Made by a program: the position numbers and the translations under genes. A DNA stretch of 64,000 nt. Origin: the human T2T-CHM13v2.0 reference genome, Homo sapiens. Location: NCBI RefSeq assembly GCF_009914755.1, contig NC_060931.1. One strand, written 5' to 3'. This document shows, piece by piece, positions 37,816 through 64,000 of this stretch (its first letter is position 1; the number at the start of each line of letters is the position of its first letter). The notes under the pieces were generated by a model. It worked only from the letters and a program-made list of their open reading frames with translations, was not told the DNA's origin and made no database searches.

Positions 37816-38869
37816 CCCAGTAACCACTTAATAAGTTTTTTCAATAAATAATTGAATGAATTAATGATACATGAGAAGAAAACATGCAATAGAAGGAGAT
37901 TGATATTAAATTCTGAAACGTGGCAGTGCAATGCGGGATCTGACCAAGCATAAATTGGCAGTGAAGTTGCCCAGAGCCTAGGCCATGGGGAGGCAGTGTT
38001 GTGAAACCCTGTGGGTGGTGGTGGTCAGGGTGGGCTTCCTGGAGGAGGCGGAGTGGTAGTGACTAGCCCAAGCTGGCTCCAGCCAGCCACAAACATGTCA
38101 AGTGCTGTGGGACTGGCAGCTGTTGCTGCATGCTTTGCCCTGGGCCATTCTGCTATGACTCGGGTCAGGGGAGACTGGCAGAGTATCATCTCCCGCTCGG
38201 GTCCAGGGAGTGGGCCCAGATGGGAGACAGTGATGGTGAGGACCAGCCCCATGCTGGAGACACACGGAACATTTTAGAGTGGATTTCATGCCTCGGCCCT
38301 AATGTGGACCGGCTCTGCTTTGGTTCGGAAAAACAGACGTCTCCCTCCAGCCTCCTGAAACCAATTGGAAACAAACCTTCCTTCCCAGCCCTTCCCCCAA
38401 CATCTGTAGAGAGGCCAACACCCAATCAGAATGAGACAGAACAAAGCAGGAGAGGAAAACAAGGGGCTGGGGACCCAGCTCCCTGCAGTGAACGAGCGGA
38501 GAGCTGGCTTCCTCTCGGTGGCTGGAAACCTGGTTGTCTGAACACACCTGTTGGCCTCTCTGGAGCCCCACTCCCTGACCGTCTCCTCAACCTCTCCGTT
38601 GATTAGGGAGGCTGCAGACAGGTCCCGCCACAGCCGCACTTCCACTCCATGTCACTGATGGCCTGCAGGCTGCCCTGTGCCTATAAAGGCCATGTTTGTT
38701 GCCTGGCACAAGAGGGCACCTGCCTTCCACCCTGGCCCCAGCCCCACTCCTAATGCCCCCTCTGTCCCCCCGTGGTCTCCTGGCAGTCACCCAGGTGAGG
38801 CCAAGAGGGCCTGGTATCTCCCGGCCCACTGGATTCACAGCCCTCCCCTCCCCTCCTCCCCCCCTCCCC

Positions 38870-39355
38870 ACTGCTGCCTGGGTGACCTTGACCCAGTCCT
38901 TACATCTCTGAGCCTTGGTTTCCTGATTGGGAAAATGGGGTGCGTGAGAGTCACCCCTTGTGTGAGGTGGGAGGAGGCCCAGATGAGAGGGCACATGGGA
39001 AGGTACACATTTGAATTGTCTCTGTTCCTTGACATTTGTGTCCAACTCTGGGCTGCCCCTGCAAGAATCTCCCTGGATCCCCAAGATTCCTCAACTCAGT
39101 ACCATTCAGCACTTCCCATGCACAGCTGGTTATAGTTATGAGCCTGTTTATTTCAAGTGCAGCATTGGAGGCCAGAGGTCTAGGTTTGAGGCCCCTGCTG
39201 CACTACTGTGGTCTCCCTGAGGCCCAGAAGTCATCCTCGATGCTCCCTCTACGCCCCGAGTTCTTCCTTTGTGAGTGGGAGATGGTTATAATCACGCCCA
39301 CCTCCCAGACTTCTAATGCGGTGCAAATGGGATCGGTGCACGCAAAAGCACTTTG
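38870..39355 (+). mobile_element. Two MIR fragments (about 38870-38975, 39170-39355)
   Basis: gggtgaccttgac...ctctgagccttggtttcctgattgggaaaatgggg. Confidence 0.6.
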
Positions 39356-40229
39356 TCACCTATAAAAAGCTCTTGGGCACTGTTGCTGCTTTCTGGTTCT
39401 ACTTGGATGTAAGTTTCCTGTGGGAAAGACCTGCTTTTTGCCAAGCCAGGGTGGTGGAGCGGGGGTCCCAGACAGGTGTCCAGGAAATTGTCCTGCTGGG
39501 CCTGGTCTGAGGGGAGGTCTGTACGTCTTGCTGGGAGCAGGCCCAGGGGCACTGGCCTCCCCATGATGCACAGAACCCACAGGGGCGCAGGCAGAGGCAG
39601 GGGAGGTGGCAGTGGTGACCCTTTGGAGTGATTTCCGGCCTGGCCCCCGGTCTAAAGACATCCAGATGGTGTCTTGAAGAAGTTACCCAGGAAGCCGGTT
39701 GCCAGACATGAGGGCCCTGGAAGGAGGTCCAAACACACAACCAGGGGACACCAGAGGACACATCTGATCGCTGCGACGAGAAAACAGTCGAAACGTGGGA
39801 TCACCCAAAGCCCGGCTAGAAACCGTCAAAATATAAACACCCTCGGGGAAACAGCACAGTGATCAGATTATGAGAGATGCAGTGCCAGAAACATTCTAAA
39901 TGATTGAATTATGAAAATTCATTTTTGAAAATGAAGGAAAAAGGGCAGCCTGGTGCGGTGGGGCTTGGGAAGGATGTCTGCCCGAGGGGCACGCCCAGGC
40001 GGGGCTGAGGCCGCATCACCACCCGGCCCCTGTGCCAGCAGGAAGCCAGACCCTGAGCCAACATCGGTCAGACCCTGACACCTCAAACACCATGCTGAAG
40101 AGTGTGTTATCTAGAAGACAGAGGGGAGCTGTGGAGGGCGGTTAAACAGGGAAACGCTGCACCCAGATGTTTGGACACAAGTGGTGGTGAAGGAAAGACT
40201 GGCTGGGGTATTCCTTAAAGCAAGCAGCT

Positions 40230-40342
40230 AGAACGAGTGCAGTGGCTCATGCTTGTAATCCTTGCACTTTGGGAGGCAGAGGTGGGAGGATGGCTTGAGC
40301 CCAGGAATTTGAGACCAGCCTGGGCAACATAGGGAGACCCTG
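40230..40342 (+). mobile_element. FLAM / Alu left monomer
   Basis: gcagtggctcatgcttgtaatcc...agcctgggcaacatagggagaccc. Confidence 0.8.
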
Positions 40343-40429
40343 GATATATATACAGTTGGGGTTGAAAGTAGGGTCGAGACCGGAGATTCAGTCTTGGGAG
40401 TTGCCTGAGGTCAGGTTTCTCAGAAGTAG

Positions 40430-40747
<318 letters not shown>

Positions 40748-41683
40748 ATATCTCTCTGTCCTGGGGAGGCTGGAGCCTGTAGAGGAAGTCTCCAAGACTC
40801 CCGTGTAGACATTTGGATATAGGCAGCTGGGGCCAGCAGGTGAGACCTGTCTACCATTGCCTGGAGAGCATGAGTTGCACTTGCCCTGAGGTCAGGCCTC
40901 TCTCTGTGGCCACCATCCTGTAGGTCTGAGAGTCCCAGCAGAATAGAGACCCCAGCTGCTGCTGCTGCTGTACATTTTTGTGCTGGGGGCAGGGGTTGTC
41001 TCAGACTGTGGCAGGGAAGAGTGAGAACTGGAGGCTCCAAGGGTGAGATGCCTCAGCCTGGAAAATCACATCACGAGCTTGAGGCTGGCCCCGGGACAAG
41101 GCAGGCAGAGTGCTGAGAGGCTGACGGTCCAACAGGCGGCCAGTGCAGGCAGAGAGATTAATTCTTGGAAAGTAGAAACCCTCAGCGGGGCTGCAGTGGG
41201 TCTTTGAGCTGCTGGCGAGCCCGATGCTGGCTTTGGGGCCATCCAGAGTGGTGAAAACAGAGTGACTGGAGATTCTGGCCACCTCGCGGTGTGGACAGGA
41301 CCGTGAGGTCCAGAGGACAGGGGCCATCTCACACAGGCTATGGCAAAGCTGGAACAGGGGCCCAGGTATCCTGGCTCCCGGCCTGGCTTCTTTTCTTTCT
41401 GCCAGGCTGCTGCCTCTTCCAAAAGGGAGAATCCACGTGGCATTTCTCCTTGATTCTGGATGGGATAAGACAGTGTGCAAAGTGGGTTTCCCTTCCTAAG
41501 CACCCTTTGGTGGGGTGATCTCAAAACCCTCTCTGCTCTCTTCATCCCTGGAAGCTGGCTTTGCCAATTTACTTTATTAAAATTTTTTTGTTTGTTTTTT
41601 GAAACATTTTAAGAAATAATTTTAAAATTACAGAAAAGTTGCAAGAGTCGTACAAGGAACTCCCTGCTAATTTTTTTTTTTAA

Positions 41684-42128
<445 letters not shown>

Positions 42129-42249
42129 AGTCCAACATTTCTTTACGGTTCCTTAAGATACAATTTAATATTGTAAAATGCACATGTTTTAAGCATATAA
42201 CTTGATAAGTTTTGACAAATGCACGTATTTGTGCTACCCACAGCACAAT

Positions 42250-42628
42250 TGCCTTGGTCTGCTCAGGCTGTCATAACAGAATACCACAGACTGGGTGGTT
42301 AAAAGAACAGACTTCTTTCTTACAGTTCTCAAGGCTGAGAAGTCCAAGATCAAGGTGCTGGCAGATTTGGTCCCCAGCGAGGGTCCTCTTTCTGGTTTAC
42401 AGATGGCCGCCATCTTGCTGTGTCCTCACATCGTAGAAAGAGAGTGAGCTCTGGTCTCTCTTCCTCTTTTCATAAGGATATTGATCTCATCATGGAATTC
42501 CCAACCTCATTAATCCATTTAAATGTAATTACCTCCCAAAGGTCTCATCTCTGGATACCATCATATTGTGGAAGGTTAGTGCTTCAATGTGTAAATTGGC
42601 AGGAGACAAAAGCATTCAGTTCCTAACA
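42250..42628 (-). mobile_element. MLT1A-type MaLR LTR
   Basis: ggctgtcataacagaataccacagactgggtgg...aagtccaagatcaaggtg...cattcagttcctaaca. Confidence 0.85.
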
Positions 42629-43678
42629 CCAGTCAAGACAGAGAAAAGTTTTATCATTCTAGAATGTTCTCTAGGGTAACTAACTAGGGGTGGAATAGAT
42701 GGGCGATAAGGAGAGTGGATGTTTAACCGAACAAGAACAGCCAAGACTCAGCTTACAGTGTTTGTGTTATTTTACATTTCTACCAACAGTGGATGAGGTT
42801 GTTGGTCTATGTTCTCACCAAATTTGGTGTTGTCAGTCTTTTAAATTTTAACCTTTAGAGAAGAGTCATACAGTCAATAGCCTTTTTTAGCTTGACCATC
42901 CTAATAGATACACAGTGGTGTCTCACTGTGATTTTAATTTGCATTTTCCTGCTGACTAATTATGTTGAGCTTGTTACCATTTAGACAACTTCATTAGAGA
43001 AGTGTCTAATATTTAGGTGACTTGCCTGTTTTTTTTTAATTGGGATCTTAATTTTTTTAAATTATTGATTTGTAGGAGCTATTTATATATTCTGGATACA
43101 AGTTCTTTATCAGATACACAGTTTGTGACTATTTTCTTATAAGTCTGTGGTTTTTATATTAATGTTTTTATTGATGACTGTTTTTTACAATTGTGGTTAA
43201 GTATACATGACATAAAACGGATTATCTTAACCATTTTAAAATGTAAAATTCGATGGCATTAAGTACATCCACAATATTGTGCAACTATCACCACTATCAT
43301 ACTCCAAAAGGGCATCCAATACCCATTAAGCTGTCACTCCCCAATCTCCCATTTTCCCACCCCTGACAATCAATAACCCATTTTCTGTCTCTATGGATTT
43401 GCCTGTTCTGGATATTCATATTAATAGAATCAACAGTAGGTCGCTTTTTGTGTCTAGCTTTTTTCACTTAGCATAATGTTTTTCAAGGTTCATGCACTTT
43501 GCAGAGTGTATCAAAATTTCATTCCTCTTTAGGGCTGGATAATATTTCATTGTATGGGTAGACCACAATTTGTTTATCCATTCATCCATTGGTGGATATT
43601 TAGGTTGTTTCCACCTTCTGGCTATTGTTTTGTTTTTGTTTTTGTTTGTGTGTGTTTTTCAGCTCCTTCAGGGTCTGA

Positions 43679-44688
<1,010 letters not shown>

Positions 44689-45804
44689 CATTTTTTAATT
44701 ATAGTCATCCTCATGGGTATGAAGTAGTGTCTTATTGTGGTTTTCACTTACATTTCCCTAATGATTAATGATGTTGAACATATTTTCACGTGCTTTTTGG
44801 AAATTTGTATTTTTTCCTTATAGAAATGTCTATTCAAGTCTTTTGTCAATATTTTCATTAAGTTGTTTGTCTTTTTTTATTGAGTTTTGAGAGTATATAC
44901 TCTGGAAACTAGATCCTTATTAGCAATATGCCTTGAAAATATTTTCTGTCATTCTGTAGGGTTTTTTTTTCACTTTCTTGATAGTGTCTTTTAATGAATG
45001 TAAGTTTTTTATTTTGATGAAGTTCAACCTATCTATTTTATGTTTTGTTGCTTGTACTTTTTGTGTCATATCTAGAAAATCATTGCCAAATCCAAGGTCT
45101 TGAAGATTTACCTCTGTTTTCTTCTAAGAGTTTTATAATTTTAGCTCTTACAGTTAGGTCTTTTATCCATTTTGAATTATGGTGTCAGGTAAAGATACAT
45201 GAGGTGAGGTAAAGGTCTAACTTTGTTTTTTGGCATGTGGACATCCAGTTGTCTCAGCACCATTTGTTGAAGAGACTATTCTTTCCCTCATTGAATGATC
45301 TTGACACCTTTGTTGGAAATCAATTGACAATAGATGAACTGGCTTTTTTTTTCTGGATTCTGAACTCTATTTCGCTGGTCTATATGTCTGTCCTTATGGC
45401 AGCATCACAAAGTCTTAATTACTGTAGCTTTGTAAGTAAGTTTTGAAATTGGAAAATTTGAGTCCTCCAACTTTGTTCTTTTTCAAGATTGTTTTTGGGT
45501 ATTTGAGATTCACTGCATTTGCATTTGAACTTTAGGATAAACTTGTCCATTTCTGTGAAAAATGGCAGTAGGAATTTTGATAGGGATTGCATTAAATCTG
45601 TAGATCGTTTTGGTGGGTATTGCCATCTTAACAATACTGTTTTCCAATCCATGAACATGGGATGCTTTCCCATTTATTTAGGCTTTCTTTAATCTCTTTC
45701 AACAATGTTGTGTACTTTTCAGCATACAAGTCTTGCACCTGCTTTGTTCAATTTATTCCTAAGTGTTTCATTCCTTTTGAAGCTATTGCACATAGAATGG
45801 CTTT

Positions 45805-45890
45805 CTTTTTCTTTTGTTTTTTTTGTTTTTTTTTTTTTTTTCCGAGATGGAGTCTCACTCTTTCACCCAGGCTGGAGTGCTGTGGTGTGA
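45805..45890 (-). mobile_element. Severely 5'-truncated Alu (~45 bp plus tail)
   Basis: Perfect TSD atagaatggctttctt at 45791 and 45890. Confidence 0.9.
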
Positions 45891-46521
45891 TAGAATGGCT
45901 TTCTTAATTTTATTTTTGAATTGCTTATTACAAGTGTATAGAACAGAGTTCTTTATTCCCCTACTCTGGCACTACCAAGCCACACCAGGGGCATAAACTG
46001 TCATCACCACAGCCACCTCTGAGGTTGACAGTGGGAGACTGTAGGCACTAAGCAAAAAGTTGCAACATTCTCCCAACCAAAATTTAACAGGTTATTTCTT
46101 AATTAAGCACTCTTTTAGTTGTTGTAAGTTTTTTTTTTTTAATTTCAGAGTTCCAAAACAGTTGAATCCGATACTTTTTGCCAGCTTAATTATTGCTTTA
46201 GTGGACTGATGGATTTCTGGAGTTCCTTACTCTGCTATTTTCAGTGACATCACTCTGCATGCCTTATTTTAAAACTGCCAATCTATTTTCCCAAGTGGTT
46301 GTATCATTTTACACTCCCACCAGCTACATATGAGGGCTTACAATTAAAATGTTTAAGTAATCAAAGTGCATCTTCAAGTCATATACTACTTCATGTGCAG
46401 AGTAAAAACTTTTCACCAGTATACTCTCAATCCCTCCCTCTGCTGGTGCTGTCTCTGCCATTCCTTTTACTTTTACATATGCTACAAATATACAATTCAT
46501 TGCCACTATTTTTGCTGTTAG

Positions 46522-49080
<2,559 letters not shown>

Positions 49081-49290
49081 TGTATTTAGTTTTTTAAGAA
49101 ACCACCAAATTGTCTTCCAAAATGGCTCTACCAATTTGCATTCCCACCAGCAATAGATGAGGGTTCTTCTACATGTTTTGTTACATGTATACCTAAGTAT
49201 TTCATTTTCGGGAGAGCTAATGCAAATGGGAATGTATTTTTCATTTCAAATTCTACTTGTTCCTTGCTGATATATTGAAAAGCAATAGAT

Positions 49291-49638
<348 letters not shown>

Positions 49639-49669
49639 TTACATCCTGTAACCTTGCTATAATTGCTTC

Positions 49670-52240
<2,571 letters not shown>

Positions 52241-52243
52241 TGT

Positions 52244-53626
<1,383 letters not shown>

Positions 53627-53782
53627 TAGTTTTCTCTATTGTTTGTTCTCTAATTCACTGATCGCTCTTTTTAGCCGTAGTATTTCTTTCCTTTACTTAT
53701 TTGTGTTTCATTTGCTTATATTTTCTAGCTTCTTAAGGTGGCAATTTAATTTATTACTTTTCTTCTTAAAGTTTTAAATCCA

Positions 53783-54090
<308 letters not shown>

Positions 54091-54254
54091 CTATTGAGCC
54101 ATACTTCAGGTACAACAAACTGCATCCAGTTAAAGTATATAACTCAATGACTTCTCGTAGATATATATCTCAAAAAACTGCCACCACAATCAACACATAG
54201 AACTTTTTTGTTATCCCTAAAACCTGCCCCTTGTCCCTTTATAGTCAGTTCCTC

Positions 54255-55062
<808 letters not shown>

Positions 55063-55230
55063 CTTTCCTTTTTCCCAGCCCCTGATGATGACTGATTTAA
55101 TTTTTGTTACTACAGATTTATTAGCATCTTATAGTATTTTATATAGATGGAATAATATAGCATGTATGTGTCTTTTGCAAAATGATTTTAACATTTATTC
55201 ATGTTGTTGCATGTGTCATTAGTTTATCCC

Positions 55231-56029
<799 letters not shown>

Positions 56030-56394
56030 TATACTGTCTTATTAATAACATTTCCATCAGCAGTGTATGAGATTTCCAGGCACTTCCCTTCTGGCTAATG
56101 TTTGGTTTTGTCAGCCTTGCGAATTTTAATTGTTTTGGGGATATATAGTAATAACTCAAAGTTTTAGTTTGCATTTTTCTGATGACTCATGATGTTAAGG
56201 ACTTTTTCATGTACTTATTGGCAATTCACATATCTTCTTCAGTGAAGCCTGTTTAGGACTTGCCCATCTTTTTAAAAATTGGGTTGCTTACCTTTTTTAT
56301 TAATTCATATGTTTTTTTCATATAATCTGAATCTTTTGTGAAAAATCAATTTCAAAATTTTTTCTCCTAGTTTGCAGATTGCCTTTTCATCTTC

Positions 56395-56953
<559 letters not shown>

Positions 56954-56954
56954 C

Positions 56955-61744
<4,790 letters not shown>

Positions 61745-62083
61745 AATTCTTTGTAGTCTGCTCATCCTGTCTTTCACTCATCTCCCCCTCCCAGTGAATA
61801 ATTGGTCTGTTTTCCATCACTATAGTGATGGAGATGCTAAAATGAGTTAGCATTTTCTAAAGTACTGCTGCCAATAGAAATGTTAGGGGAGTCATGTAGT
61901 AGTTTTCCATTTTCAGTAGGCACATTAAAAAGTAAAATAAATTCGACTTTAATAATATATTTAACCCACTATATTCAAAATATCATTTCAACTTGTAATC
62001 AACATGAAGAATTATGAATTCTTTTACTTTCCGTTTTGAAAAGCACCGGCACTTCAAAATTCAGTGTGTGGTTTATAACTTAA

Positions 62084-62665
<582 letters not shown>

Positions 62666-62857
62666 AGAAAAATAGGTTTTGTTTTATTTTGCTCTAATAC
62701 AGCCAAATTGTTATTTATCATGAAATTTGCAATAGAGAGGAGGAGGTGGCAGGAAAAAAAAGAAATTTGCAATATACCTTCTTTCAGTCCTTTTTTTTCC
62801 CTTTCCTGTTATACGTCTACTTGATTCTGCCTCAATAGTATGACTTTGTTTACATTT

Positions 62858-63655
<798 letters not shown>

Positions 63656-64000
63656 AAATATTCCAGTTGAATCAGATCATTGACATTGACTAGATGTGTC
63701 AATGTCATGTACGCCTAGTACATAATACTAGAAACAATTGCATAAGCCCAACTCTCATACCACAGTGCAAAAATAATATAACACAGTCATGAAAGAAATG
63801 CAGTTCTACCAAAATGATAAAGTTGTTTAATGGAGAAAATATTTTATTTTACTTTCATTTTAAATTTTAAATTAAGTAAAATTTAAAAGTCAGTTATTTT
63901 GCACTAGTCCCCTATCAAGCACTCAGCAGCCACATGTGGCTAGTACCTTCTACGTTGTACTACGCAGTTCTAGAATTTCATATAAATGGAATCATTTACT

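Overview
Primate (most likely human) non-coding genomic DNA. I found no protein-coding gene, RNA gene or CRISPR array. Every ORF in the track is an Alu/L1/simple-repeat translation or a chance ORF in GC-rich DNA; the recognisable peptides are decayed LINE-1 ORF1/ORF2 pieces. About 78 Alu copies or fragments (manual count, roughly a third of the window, about three quarters on the minus strand) sit on two backgrounds. A GC-rich domain (about 1-41.5 kb) carries L2, MIR, several LTRs and enhancer-like unique sequence. An AT-rich domain (about 41.5-64 kb) is made of nested old L1M/HAL1, MLT1 and Charlie elements. I did not find a convincing new biological system. The most unusual signals are two separate local inverted copy-paste events of old L1 sequence, each ending at a small duplication scar in its donor (15304-15447 to 16156-16302; 45076-45187 to 47220-47332). 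Others are a degenerate GGGTCA/TCAGGG array (6.4-6.95 kb), a PBX-HOX/TALE motif cluster (13.1-14.0 kb), a motif-rich MER66-like LTR and an Alu with a ~280-bp pyrimidine expansion. Repeat subfamily names come from remembered consensus sequences, boundaries are approximate, and I could not identify the locus.
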